Translations under genes and position numbers: made by a program
Assembly: GCA_046350855.1 (NCBI GenBank)
Contig: JAXLZM010000001.1
Span: 217,420 to 281,419, forward strand
Source of the DNA: Candidatus Anderseniibacteriota bacterium
GTDB taxonomy: Bacteria > Patescibacteriota > JAUYIX01
Length of the DNA stretch: 64,000 bases
Reading direction: 5' to 3'
Notes under the pieces: generated by a model
Told to the model about the DNA's origin: nothing
Databases searched by the model: none
The model's input: only the letters and a program-made list of their open reading frames with translations
Shown: positions 37,398 through 47,173 of the stretch, one piece after another
How the letters are laid out: each line of letters opens with the position of its first letter
Position numbering within the stretch: the first letter of the stretch is position 1

Positions 37398-38273
37398 CTA
37401 TTTTTGGCTCAACGAACCAGACTCTAGCTCGGTTGCGCGCAGTTTTTCGAGGAGGGCTTGGCCGCGTTCGCCCAGACGTTCCAGTTGTGGCTCAAGTTCT
37501 TTGGTTTTGAGTTTGCCCTCAGTAACCCCTCGCTCAAGCTCCGGAACCAGGTCGTGCACCTCGGTGACAAAACGATTTTGTCGATACTCTAGAGAGAGGT
37601 AGGGTAAGGAAAACTGGGAGCGATAGCGCTCCAGTACAGCGCGGACCGCGGGGTCTTCGGCTTTGTACATCTCAAGAACAAACTCAGGATCGAGCCGTTG
37701 CACTCCCAACTCTTTTTGGAGTTCAGGGCCATGGCGCAAGACTAACTCACTCGGCAAAAGAACTTTGAGGCGCGCTAAGAATTCTTGCTGCTTGACCGGG
37801 TCGCGTTGTTGCTCAGCTTCGATAGTCTGCACGGCTTGCTCGAGGGCAAACTTGAGCTGCTCGCGTGAGAACCGCCCGAGGGTTTCTTGCTGCACGGCTT
37901 GCTCGCGGGTCTCGGCCGGTTCTTGTTCTAAGAGTGGCTCGCTCTTTTGCGTCTCGCTACCCGGCAGTTCCCCGGCCGATTCGTAGGCCGCCTCGACCAT
38001 AGCTCGTTGCTCCGCAATTTCTTGGGGCGTGGCAGCGCCCCCGGGCAGTTTTTCTAACTCTTTTTTACGGATCTCAGCGGTAACCGCTCGGGCCTTTTGT
38101 ACCGCTTTTTCGAGTTCTTCTGGTCGGGTGGTTTCGCCACCAATTTCTCGATCAAAGTCGGCCAACTCTTGGCTCTTTGTTTTTTTAGGACGTTCAGGCA
38201 CACGCAGTTTGCGCGTGATTTGATCGTCGCTCTCGACTGGATGGGGTTCGCGTGGTTCACCCGGCATGTTCAA
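37398..38273 (-). CDS. hypothetical acidic Glu/Gln-rich protein
   Basis: A 291-aa low-complexity coiled-coil-like ORF. Confidence 0.4.
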   Translation of the reverse strand: MNMPGEPREPHPVESDDQITRKLRVPERPKKTKSQELADFDREIGGETTRPEELEKAVQKARAVTAEIRKKELEKLPGGAATPQEIAEQRAMVEAAYESAGELPGSETQKSEPLLEQEPAETREQAVQQETLGRFSREQLKFALEQAVQTIEAEQQRDPVKQQEFLARLKVLLPSELVLRHGPELQKELGVQRLDPEFVLEMYKAEDPAVRAVLERYRSQFSLPYLSLEYRQNRFVTEVHDLVPELERGVTEGKLKTKELEPQLERLGERGQALLEKLRATELESGSLSQK

Positions 38274-38283
38274 AAGTTGACAA

Positions 38284-40203
38284 GTGAGGAAATACCTGGC
38301 ATCCTCTCAATTTATGTCTCAAATTGGGAGTGCCAGTACCAATAACGATCGCATGAGCCCGTCCGCTGTGCAATCGGCAGTATCCACTTTGCGTAATGTA
38401 GCGATTATTGCACACGTTGACCATGGCAAGACCACCTTGGTAGACGCCATGCTCAAACAGACCCAAACGGTTAAACAGTCGGATGAACAAACCGGACTGA
38501 TCATGGATTCGATGGACCTCGAGCGTGAGCGCGGCATTACGATCAAGGCCAAAAACGCCAGTCTGACATATCAAGGCGTCAAAATTAATATCGTCGATAC
38601 TCCGGGGCATGCCGATTTTGGTGGCGAAGTCGAGCGCATCCTCCGTATGGTGGATGGCGTGCTGTTACTCGTCGACGCTAAAGAAGGCCCTAAGCCCCAA
38701 ACTCGTTTTGTGCTCAAAAAAGCCCTCGAGTTGGGTTTGCGTGCCATCGTGGTCGTTAATAAGATCGATCGACCGGACGCCAACCCCGAGGAGGCCGTCA
38801 ACAAGACGTTTGATTTGTTCTCCGAACTCAATGCCACCAATGAGCAGCTCGAGTTCCCAATCGTCTATGCTAGCGCACTCAATGGTCAAGCGACACTGGA
38901 TGCCGCGGAGCCGGGTCCTGATCTCAAGCCGTTGTTCGACACGATTCTTAAAGAAATCCCCGCGCCAAAAGTGTTGCAATCCGTACAACCCGCCCTCCTC
39001 GTGCTGGCCCTCAAAGAAGACTCGTATGTGGGTCGTCTCGGTATCGGTAAATTACTCGCCGGTACCTTGCGCAAAGGGCAGCGCGTGGCGTGCATTTCAA
39101 TGACGCCCGACGGCAAAAAAGACAAGGCGACCGAATCCTCCATCACGGACTTGCGTGTTTTTGAGGGACTCGGCATGCAGTCCGTGCCCCAGGTCTCAGC
39201 CGGCGAAATCGTGGCGGTCGCGGGCCTCGAGCACATCAAGATTGGTGATACCGTGACCGACCCGGCCAAGCCCACCGTTTTGGGTCCCGTCCATATCGAT
39301 CCACCCACGGTGCAGATGACCTTTGGCGTCAACACCAGCCCCTTTGCTGGTCGCGAGGGTGATAAGCTCACCAGCCGTCAGATTAAAGAGCGGCTTGAGC
39401 GCGAGCTTGAGACCAACGTCAGCTTGCGGGTAGAACCGACCGACAGCCCTGATCGTTTTTTGGTCTCGGGCCGAGGCGATTTACACTTGGCAATTTTGAT
39501 CGAGACTATGCGACGCGAAGGCTTTGAACTCCAAGTCTCCCCGCCCCGTGTTATTACTAAAAAAGAAAACGGCCAAGAGCTCGAACCATTTGAGTTTGTC
39601 AGCATCGACGTCCCGAGTGAGCACCAAGGCGCCGTCATCCAAGAGTTGGGTGCCCGGGGTGGCGAACTCAGCTTGACCGCACCCGATCAGCAAAACCAAG
39701 TCCACTTAGAGTACAGTGCCCCAACCCGCGGACTGCTTGGTCTTAAAGCCGCGCTCGCTACCAAAACGCGTGGCACCGCTCTCCTCTCGCACGTCTTTGA
39801 ATCCTACCGCCCCAAGACCTTTACCCTCCCGGCCCGCTCGCGCGGTTCGCTCATCGCCCATGAGAATGGTAAGTCACTGAGCTACGGTCTAAATAATGCC
39901 CAAGAGCGCGGCGAACTCTATATCGGCCCGGGCGTCGAAGTCTACGCCGGCATGGTGGTCGGTCGCCACAGTCGCGCCAACGATCTGGTGGTTAACATTT
40001 GCAAAGGTAAAAAGCTCACTAACATGCGGGCTAGTGGTACCGATGAAGGCATTATTTTAACCCCGCCCCGAGAGTTCACCCTGGAGGAGTCACTTGAGGA
40101 GCTCGGACCCGACGAGCTCGTCGAGGTCACACCCAAAAGTATCCGGATGCGCAAAGCAGTCCTGGATCACAACAAGCGCAAACGTACGACCGGTAACGTG
40201 TAG
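38284..40203 (+). CDS. typA: translational GTPase TypA/BipA
   Basis: NVAIIAHVDHGKTTLVDAMLKQ...DSMDLERERGITI...VDTPGHADFGGEV. The true start may be an internal ATG at 38314 or 38353. Confidence 0.85.
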   Translation: MRKYLASSQFMSQIGSASTNNDRMSPSAVQSAVSTLRNVAIIAHVDHGKTTLVDAMLKQTQTVKQSDEQTGLIMDSMDLERERGITIKAKNASLTYQGVKINIVDTPGHADFGGEVERILRMVDGVLLLVDAKEGPKPQTRFVLKKALELGLRAIVVVNKIDRPDANPEEAVNKTFDLFSELNATNEQLEFPIVYASALNGQATLDAAEPGPDLKPLFDTILKEIPAPKVLQSVQPALLVLALKEDSYVGRLGIGKLLAGTLRKGQRVACISMTPDGKKDKATESSITDLRVFEGLGMQSVPQVSAGEIVAVAGLEHIKIGDTVTDPAKPTVLGPVHIDPPTVQMTFGVNTSPFAGREGDKLTSRQIKERLERELETNVSLRVEPTDSPDRFLVSGRGDLHLAILIETMRREGFELQVSPPRVITKKENGQELEPFEFVSIDVPSEHQGAVIQELGARGGELSLTAPDQQNQVHLEYSAPTRGLLGLKAALATKTRGTALLSHVFESYRPKTFTLPARSRGSLIAHENGKSLSYGLNNAQERGELYIGPGVEVYAGMVVGRHSRANDLVVNICKGKKLTNMRASGTDEGIILTPPREFTLEESLEELGPDELVEVTPKSIRMRKAVLDHNKRKRTTGNV

Positions 40204-40222
40204 TGCAAAAGGCTAAGCCACA

Positions 40223-41146
40223 CTAGTCCGACAGGACGCAGGTTGTGACCTTGCTAAAGAAGCGCTCGAGCAACTCATCACTAAAATTATTGGTGCCCGG
40301 CATAGTGTTGGTCTCGACCAAGTAGGGCCGATGCTTTTTAACGTCGTACAAAAAATCAAAACTCATAACCCGTTTTGGAAAAACCCGTAGCGGTTCCATG
40401 AGCTGATCACAGAGCTTGAGGAGATCCGGAATATCTTTAAGACGCATCCACTCCATCGCCGCACCCATGTGCACGTTGGTGTAAAGACTGCCCGGTCGCG
40501 CCACACGGTTGTAGACGTAGATCGGTTCATCTCCAATAAAACAAACCCGATAATCTTTGAGCTCACCCTTGTTACTGGCCTGGATGAACTCCTGCTGCAC
40601 CGAAAGATGCTCTACTTTGACACGCTTTTTTTGCGTGATGGTTACATAGGTCCCGCCGGAGCCGCCAAGGGCCTTGAGCACCACGTGTTTTTTGCGCGGG
40701 TTATGGATCACACCACCAGGCAACCAGAGACGGGTCATCGGCATGGCCTTGCTAAAAATAATGGCCTGATTGAGCTTGTTATCGACCAGCTCGGAGAACT
40801 GCGGCAGGTTGATCATCCGCAAATGGGCAGCTACTTCGCGTTTTTTGGCGAGCAAGCTGACTAGTTGTTCGCCCGTCTCGGGATCATGCGTGCGGCCTTT
40901 GTCATAAATCCCGTTTGGCGTAATTGGCTTGCGAACCTTCTCCCAACGTTTACCCGCCAGGTCGTAAATCCAGTATTTGGTAAAGCGGCCTTTGTGGTAC
41001 CAATGGATCGAGGCCCGCACCAACTGTACTTTTCGGCGACGCATGACACGACCCCAAGCCGCATACGAGCGATCTAACCCATTGGTCTCGAGTGGCTGGG
41101 TACGATACCAATCGTCACCTGTATAGAGGTTTAAGAGAGACTTCAT
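40223..41146 (-). CDS. ATP-grasp fold protein (YheC/YheD-like)
   Basis: ...HVVLKALGGSGGTYV... DYRVCFIGDEPIYVYNRVARPG... matches the ATP-grasp core. Confidence 0.45.
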   Translation of the reverse strand: MKSLLNLYTGDDWYRTQPLETNGLDRSYAAWGRVMRRRKVQLVRASIHWYHKGRFTKYWIYDLAGKRWEKVRKPITPNGIYDKGRTHDPETGEQLVSLLAKKREVAAHLRMINLPQFSELVDNKLNQAIIFSKAMPMTRLWLPGGVIHNPRKKHVVLKALGGSGGTYVTITQKKRVKVEHLSVQQEFIQASNKGELKDYRVCFIGDEPIYVYNRVARPGSLYTNVHMGAAMEWMRLKDIPDLLKLCDQLMEPLRVFPKRVMSFDFLYDVKKHRPYLVETNTMPGTNNFSDELLERFFSKVTTCVLSD

Positions 41147-41170
41147 CTGGTGTCTGAACTACGTCGCGGC

Positions 41171-42352
41171 CTATTTGCTCGTGCCAGCTTTACGTTCTGC
41201 ACGCAAAACCTGGAGCTTGGCTCCAAGTGCAGCCGGCACAATCAGCAAGAGCAGGAGCATGCCGACAAACGGGATCCAAGCGATCAGTTTGAGCGCGACC
41301 AAGAGCCCAAGCGCCACAAAAAAGGTGGCCCACTTGCCAAACTGTTTGGTGCGGCGCAGATCGATCCATTTAGTCAGGACGAGAGCCGCAATGATCGGAG
41401 CGGCGTACATAATAAAGCCGTACATCGCCAGGACAAATAACCCGATCGGGAGCCCGATCAAGGTCACGCAGAGCAAGAGGCCGAGGACCGGGGTGACGAT
41501 GTAGAAGATCAGACCGGTCAAGAGGCTCTTCCAGTACTGCGCGCTCAAAAGACGGGCGGCTTTCTCGGACTTATTGTCTTTATCAAAGTGTACAAAGAGC
41601 GCCAAGACCAAGGCGGCCGAGAGGAGCGAGAACAGCATGAACATCAACAAGGGGCCGGCAAAGGCGCCGTCTTGCTGCTTGATGGCGAGGCTATCGTCAA
41701 AGGTAAAGCTGCCGCCTTTAAGTGCGTTATCGGCGCTGATCGCGCCTTTCTCCTGCCAGTAACGGACATCTCCAGCAATTTGAGCCTTGTCACCAACTAC
41801 TACTTGGCGTGCAGCGAGCTGGGAGTCAGCGTTGAGTTTGCCGTTAATCGTAATGCGATCGGCTTGCACAAAAACTGGACCGTCAAAGGTTCCGTTGAGC
41901 TGGACATCTCCGGCTCCAATGCGCGTGGTGCCTGAGACGGTTCCATCTAAGATAAGCGCGCCACCCGCGATACTGAGATCTCCGGAGACTTTGGAGGCGT
42001 CACTAAAATGGATCGTGCCACCTGCGACCATAGCGTCGTCGCCCACTTGGCCGTTGATCGTGATCGTACCGCCACCAACGCGGAGGTCATCTTGTACGTT
42101 GCCTACCGTAATCGTGCCACCCGTCAAGTTGGCATCTTGCTTGACCGTACCATCCAAGGTGATGATCCCGGCCATACCAAACACATCGCCATCGACTTCG
42201 CCTTTGACGGTTAGGTTCTGCCCCGCGGCATAGAGATCCTCGGAGAGCTTGTCTTGCTGGGTGATCGACTCACCCGACTTAAATTGAGCGGCAGATGCCG
42301 AAAACGGCACTACCAGCACGGCTACGATGATGAGATAAAAAATGCGTTTCAT
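41171..42352 (-). CDS. secreted beta-helical repeat protein (bactofilin/DUF4097-like repeats) with a C-terminal polytopic membrane domain
   Basis: Signal peptide MKRIFYLIIVAVLVVPFSASA. Repeated GD/GT-containing units follow (GDVQLNGTFDGPVFVQADRITINGKL...). The C-terminus has 4 TM helices. Confidence 0.45.
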   Translation of the reverse strand: MKRIFYLIIVAVLVVPFSASAAQFKSGESITQQDKLSEDLYAAGQNLTVKGEVDGDVFGMAGIITLDGTVKQDANLTGGTITVGNVQDDLRVGGGTITINGQVGDDAMVAGGTIHFSDASKVSGDLSIAGGALILDGTVSGTTRIGAGDVQLNGTFDGPVFVQADRITINGKLNADSQLAARQVVVGDKAQIAGDVRYWQEKGAISADNALKGGSFTFDDSLAIKQQDGAFAGPLLMFMLFSLLSAALVLALFVHFDKDNKSEKAARLLSAQYWKSLLTGLIFYIVTPVLGLLLCVTLIGLPIGLFVLAMYGFIMYAAPIIAALVLTKWIDLRRTKQFGKWATFFVALGLLVALKLIAWIPFVGMLLLLLIVPAALGAKLQVLRAERKAGTSK

Positions 42353-42395
42353 ATGGCCAGTATGCCGCACCTGCCCGACGGGTGCAATGGAGGAG

Positions 42396-43214
42396 TTACG
42401 GGCGCTTTGTACCCCGCCGGAGCAGCAGGCAGAACAGAAAGATCCCAAGTGCAATCAGGACGATCGTGCCGCCCGTGGCAGTGTTGAGATAAAAGGAGGT
42501 CACGATCCCGAGCACAACCGAGAGCACCGAGAATAGTTCGGCATACAAGATGGTCTGCCCAAAGCTTTTTTTGAGCTGCAGAGCGGCCAGAACTGGAATC
42601 ACGATCAGGGCCGCGATCAGGAGCACGCCAACCACTGGGATCGAGACCGAGACGACCAGAGCGGCCAGGATGATCAACATCGAGTTGATAAAGCGCGTTG
42701 GGATACCACTGACTTGCGCGGCCTCCTCATCAAAACTGATAAAAAGCAGCTCTTTGTAAAAAAGTACCAGCGCGATCAGGACCAGGCAGGCCAAAAGCGC
42801 GATGGTGTAGACGTCTCGCGTCGTGACCGTCAAAATGCTCCCAAATAAATAGTTGAACAAGTTAGCATTAAAGCCGTTACCGAGACTGAGCAACACCGTG
42901 GCCAAGGCCAGACTCCCCGACAAAAAGAGAGCCAAAGCCGACTCCCCGTAGACTTTTTTGCTGACCCGCAGGCGGTCGATACCAATCGAGGAGATAACGG
43001 TTACTCCGAGCGCCGTAAAAATCGGATTAATCCCAAGCAACAGACCCAGAGCAATACCGCCCAAGGAGACATGGGCCAGTGTATCCGCGATCAAGGAGTA
43101 GCGCCGCAACACTAAAAAAATACCAATGAGCGGCGCGATCAGGGCCACGACCACCCCTGCCGCTAAGCCGCGTTGGACAAAATCGTAGCTAAAGAGCGCT
43201 AGTAATTCCGTCAT
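42396..43214 (-). CDS. znuB: zinc/manganese ABC transporter permease
   Basis: A 272-aa protein with 8 TM helices, of the ABC-3 family. Confidence 0.75.
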   Translation of the reverse strand: MTELLALFSYDFVQRGLAAGVVVALIAPLIGIFLVLRRYSLIADTLAHVSLGGIALGLLLGINPIFTALGVTVISSIGIDRLRVSKKVYGESALALFLSGSLALATVLLSLGNGFNANLFNYLFGSILTVTTRDVYTIALLACLVLIALVLFYKELLFISFDEEAAQVSGIPTRFINSMLIILAALVVSVSIPVVGVLLIAALIVIPVLAALQLKKSFGQTILYAELFSVLSVVLGIVTSFYLNTATGGTIVLIALGIFLFCLLLRRGTKRP

Positions 43215-43954
43215 ACCGAGCGGGCCTTAGGTTCTGCCGCAAAAAACTCGTGCACCGTGTCATAAAAACGCAGCCGCTCGTCCAAGTACGCGATGTGCAT
43301 GGCCTCGTGCGCGATGGTCTGGATATCGTGGGTAATCAAAATGATCGTGAGGTGCAGTTCCTCGTTGAGTTTTTTGAGGAGCTGGTAAAACTCCTGCTTA
43401 ATGCGTTCATCCACACTGACGGTCGGTTCGTCCAAAAAAAGGACCTCGGGATCACTGGCCAGGGCTCGGGCAATAAAGACACGCTGCTGCTGTCCACCCG
43501 AGAGGTCCCCAATGAGACGCTGACGGTAGGGCCAGAGTTCGACCTGCTTGAGGGCTTGGCGGGTTTTGGCGCGGTCCTCGGGACTCGGGTGGCGGAGTAA
43601 CCCGACCCGGGCGTAGCGGCCCATCAAGACGACTTGTTCGACCGTGACCGGAAAACTGGTATCAAACTGGGTGGCGCGTTGCGAGACGTAGCCGATCCGT
43701 GGCCACTCGTTAAACTGCGTTTGTGCCTCGCCAAAGAGCGTAATCGTGCCGCGGGTGGGTTTGAGCAACCCCAAAATCAATTTGACCAGGGTGGTTTTAC
43801 CCGAGCCGTTAGAACCCACCAAGGCCAAGTAGTCCCCCCGATGGATGGTGAGGTTGACGTCCGTCAGAACGGCGCGCTGATCATAGGCAAACGAGACGTG
43901 CGAGACTTGAAGCACGTTCTCGACGTTGGCAGGGTGACGCTTTAGCTTTGGCAT
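43211..43954 (-). CDS. znuC: zinc ABC transporter ATP-binding protein
   Basis: LVGSNGSGKTTLVKLILG, LSGGQQQRVFIARAL, VLFLDEPT. Confidence 0.8.
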   Translation of the reverse strand: MPKLKRHPANVENVLQVSHVSFAYDQRAVLTDVNLTIHRGDYLALVGSNGSGKTTLVKLILGLLKPTRGTITLFGEAQTQFNEWPRIGYVSQRATQFDTSFPVTVEQVVLMGRYARVGLLRHPSPEDRAKTRQALKQVELWPYRQRLIGDLSGGQQQRVFIARALASDPEVLFLDEPTVSVDERIKQEFYQLLKKLNEELHLTIILITHDIQTIAHEAMHIAYLDERLRFYDTVHEFFAAEPKARSV

Positions 43955-44868
43955 CCCAGTGCAGTTTGTAGGTTGTGCAAGTTATCCTCCATTTGCGTAA
44001 AGTAATTTTTGCCGGCCGCTAGATCATCCTGATGCAAGCCCTCCAGCGGATCAAGCACGAGCGTTTGAGCACCGACTTCTTGGGCCAGAGTCTCGGCCAA
44101 TTTGGGACTAACGAGACTTTCAAAAAAGATGTAACGGATCTTATTGACTCGAGCGAACTCTGCCAAATCCGCCAGCTGCTGGGGCGAGGGTTCAGCCTCG
44201 GGCGAGATGCCCGTGAGAGCCACTTGGTTGAGCTTGTAGGTGCTAGCCAAGTAGCCAAAAGCGACGTGCGTGGTGATGAGGTCGTGCTGCTGGCAGCTCG
44301 CAAGCCCTGTGCGGTAGGCGGTGTCGAGCTTGACCAAACGACTTTTTAGTTGGGCCGCGTTGCGGTCGTACAGATCCGCGTTGGCGGGGTCGATCTCTTG
44401 CAGGGCTTGTGCGATCCGGTCGGTAATTTTTTGGGCTAAGACGGGTGAGAGCCAAACATGGGGGTCAGTGACGGTCTGGCCCTCCTCAACTACGGTTTGC
44501 GTGGCAAGGTCCTGGCCGGTCACGAGCACACGGGTCTGCGTTTGATCGAGGTTACTGGTGACATCCGCGGCCCAGGGTTCTAGACCAGCACCGTTAAGGA
44601 GTAAGAGGCGACTCGAGACTACCGTTGCGACCTGTTGGGGAGTTAATTCGTATTCGTGTGGTTCAGCCCCGGCAGGGGTGAGATTAGTGACCATGATTTT
44701 GCCGCCACCGATTTGTTCAGCAAAAAAGGCCAGAGGGTAAAAACTAGCGCTTACCGACAGACGCGTGTCCCTTGGAGCCCGATTGCTGCGGGCGTACCAG
44801 ACGATACCAGTGCCAAGCACAACGACTATGAGACCGAACCAAAACAGTTTGAGGCCGGGGGACTTCAT
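43942..44868 (-). CDS. znuA: zinc ABC transporter substrate-binding protein (ZnuA/TroA family)
   Basis: ...AEPHEYELTP...DPHVWLSP...HVAFGYL... Confidence 0.75.
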   Translation of the reverse strand: MKSPGLKLFWFGLIVVVLGTGIVWYARSNRAPRDTRLSVSASFYPLAFFAEQIGGGKIMVTNLTPAGAEPHEYELTPQQVATVVSSRLLLLNGAGLEPWAADVTSNLDQTQTRVLVTGQDLATQTVVEEGQTVTDPHVWLSPVLAQKITDRIAQALQEIDPANADLYDRNAAQLKSRLVKLDTAYRTGLASCQQHDLITTHVAFGYLASTYKLNQVALTGISPEAEPSPQQLADLAEFARVNKIRYIFFESLVSPKLAETLAQEVGAQTLVLDPLEGLHQDDLAAGKNYFTQMEDNLHNLQTALGCQS

Positions 44869-45317
44869 GCCAAGTTGGCACAGCTAGTACACGTGGCAAA
44901 AAACTCCAGCGCGTGCGTACTGATCGAACTAAAGTTTTTGGAGTGTTTGAGGATTTGTTTTTCCAGCGGGCGCGCGTTGCAGGCCTCGACATCCTCAACC
45001 AAGCCGCAGCTTTTACAGATGACATGGTGATGGTGCGGTTTTTGCGCGATCAACTCGTAGTGCGCGTGCTGGTGCTCAAAGTTAACCGGCCGTACCAGGC
45101 CAGCGCGCATGAGATCTTCCAGAGCTCGGTAGATCGTGGTTTGGTTGACGCTCTGGCGCAGGCTTTTGAGCTTTTGTTGGAGCTCCGCGATACTGAGCGC
45201 AGTTTGGTCGGCGGCTAAAATGCGCAGCAAGCCGATCCGGCGGGGAGTTGCTTTACACCCGGCCGAACGCAGGAGTCCAGCGAGGGCTTGGTCGGATTGG
45301 GTGGTCGTGTGCGGCAC
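44865..45317 (-). CDS. zur: Fur-family transcriptional regulator, probable zinc uptake regulator
   Basis: ...HHHHVICKSCGLVEDVEACN... with a C-terminal CxxC. GTG start. It is co-oriented with znuACB and overlaps it. Confidence 0.7.
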   Translation of the reverse strand: MPHTTTQSDQALAGLLRSAGCKATPRRIGLLRILAADQTALSIAELQQKLKSLRQSVNQTTIYRALEDLMRAGLVRPVNFEHQHAHYELIAQKPHHHHVICKSCGLVEDVEACNARPLEKQILKHSKNFSSISTHALEFFATCTSCANLA

Positions 45318-45390
45318 AAACCGACTCTACCGCAAACGCAAAAAACTTGCAACTATGCACACCGGCGGGGGAGCAGGGTCACGCCGATTC
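45318..45390 (-). promoter_or_regulatory. putative promoter of the zur-znuACB operon, apparently leaderless
   Basis: The minus strand reads TTGCAA-N17-TAGAGT, then cggttt, then the GTG start. It overlaps a TGCA-tagt-TGCA inverted repeat. Confidence 0.35.
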
Positions 45391-45415
45391 CGGGAGTTTT
45401 GGGTTCAACCTGCTG

Positions 45416-47053
45416 TTAATCGATAATCCGCTCAGAGCGCTCGCGGGCAAAACTAAACCATTCTTCAATCGCGTAGGTAAAAGCTTTGAGCGGGGCCTCG
45501 AGTACGAGGTCAAAGAAAAACAAAAATAGGTTGTAGCGCCGGAAGTTGGTCGAGAACCAGCGGCCGAGTTCAATCATGGGGTTAGCCAAAAAGAGTAAAA
45601 GCGTGCCAAAGAACGTATCGGCCTTGCGCGCCATAAAGTACTCCCCTGCTCGGATCCGCAACCGAATCCCGACAAACGTCACGAGCGATAAGAAAAAGAT
45701 AAAGAGCACACCGGCCATGAGCGTAAATTGGAGCGCGTGCAAAGCCCAGATGATCAACCCAAGCGTAATCGCAAAGGTCAAAACGGAGAGGATCCCCAGG
45801 ACCACACGCGTGGTCGGTCCACGCCGACTCAAAAAGCGTAGGTAATAATGTTGCGGGCGCTTAGCAGCACTCAAGGTCGCCCATAAATCAGCCACGATGC
45901 GCTTACTGTTTTCTTTGCCCGGGAATCGCACAAAAGTCCCGAGCGCAAAAAGCAAAAGCGGGTGGAACAGCACATTGATCCCCAGCGGCAGGTAATTGAT
46001 TTTGTCCGCAATCCAAAGGTCATACGGAATCTCCAAGGCCAACGCCACCAGCATCTTAGTAATAAAGATGAACAAAATACTGCGGAAGGTCCGGCGTCGC
46101 ACGGCTCGCTTATTTTGTTTGTAGTAGCCCTCGATCACTTTAAGGGCATCTTTGATAAAGGTCGGTTCATCCGTAAAACGCTCGGCCGCCTCGTGAGGAT
46201 GTTGGCGCACCATGTCGAGCAAAACCTGGTACGGAATGGTCATGCGTCGTACTTTACTGGCGAGCTGCCCCGCGTAGGGGTGGTCGAGCTGCTGACGGAC
46301 CCGGTCCCGGTACTCCAGCAAGTGCTGCGCGAGCTGGGCCGCCTCGCCGGCCGTTTTGTCGTTCCAGCCGGGGAGATATGAGGTCAGGAGGTGGAACTCC
46401 ACCAAACGTGTATCCGACTTAAAGACCGCACGGTGCAGAGCGATGTACAGCTGCAGCTCCCGCTCGGACGCGGCAAAGGCATCGTCGTCCCACTTGATGC
46501 GAGTTTTGAGTTCTGCAAAAGCAAATTGGATGAGGGCCTCCTCGCGCGTCGGGTCGTAAATGATCTGCTCGATCTCGGCCGAGGCCAGACCTAAGCCCCA
46601 GGTCCAAGTTGTGCGGGGGTTTTCGGCTGGCAACCGATTTTGAAGCTCCTCACAAATGCGGCGATACTTTTGGATGGCGCGCTCCACACGCGGAACTTGG
46701 TTCTCCGGAAACGTGTTGTTAGGAATATACCCGGCGCGGATAAGCTCACGGATGAGCAGTTCTCCCAAATCGTGCGAACCGTTGCGATAAATCAAAATGT
46801 GGCGGCGCAAAAAACGGTGGATGGCGTTGCGACGCAAGAGGTGCTGGTCGGTACTGTCGACGGTGTTGCGCAGCTGCTCGTAGAGACGCGCGATCGAGCT
46901 GGAGAGTTTGTCGGTTTGGACCTTGGGCAACTCTTCAAAATCGGCCGGGAGCAGCGAGTGCTTGGCAGCAAACGAGATAAATTGTTGCGCCTGGGGGGTA
47001 AAACCGGCCATGATCAAAGAGTCAGTTCTACGACAGTATAGCGGCATTGTCAA
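45416..47053 (-). CDS. hypothetical two-domain protein (N-terminal ~330-aa soluble domain plus C-terminal polytopic membrane domain)
   Basis: A 545-aa ORF. I recognise no family. Confidence 0.45.
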   Translation of the reverse strand: MTMPLYCRRTDSLIMAGFTPQAQQFISFAAKHSLLPADFEELPKVQTDKLSSSIARLYEQLRNTVDSTDQHLLRRNAIHRFLRRHILIYRNGSHDLGELLIRELIRAGYIPNNTFPENQVPRVERAIQKYRRICEELQNRLPAENPRTTWTWGLGLASAEIEQIIYDPTREEALIQFAFAELKTRIKWDDDAFAASERELQLYIALHRAVFKSDTRLVEFHLLTSYLPGWNDKTAGEAAQLAQHLLEYRDRVRQQLDHPYAGQLASKVRRMTIPYQVLLDMVRQHPHEAAERFTDEPTFIKDALKVIEGYYKQNKRAVRRRTFRSILFIFITKMLVALALEIPYDLWIADKINYLPLGINVLFHPLLLFALGTFVRFPGKENSKRIVADLWATLSAAKRPQHYYLRFLSRRGPTTRVVLGILSVLTFAITLGLIIWALHALQFTLMAGVLFIFFLSLVTFVGIRLRIRAGEYFMARKADTFFGTLLLFLANPMIELGRWFSTNFRRYNLFLFFFDLVLEAPLKAFTYAIEEWFSFARERSERIID

Positions 47054-47173
47054 CGCGTCGCCACAGACTTTTAGGCAGGCAGAACCACCGACTTTTTGAG
47101 GGAAAGTGTACTAAGAAAAAGGCCAGATGCACGCGTGCATCTGGCCGTCTGCGAGTTCCCCATGCCCTTGATC

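Noticed and set aside
45405-45420. ttaATCGATaat near-palindrome as a possible Zur box
   Set aside because: It lies inside the 3' end of the upstream ORF rather than in the promoter, and it is imperfect.
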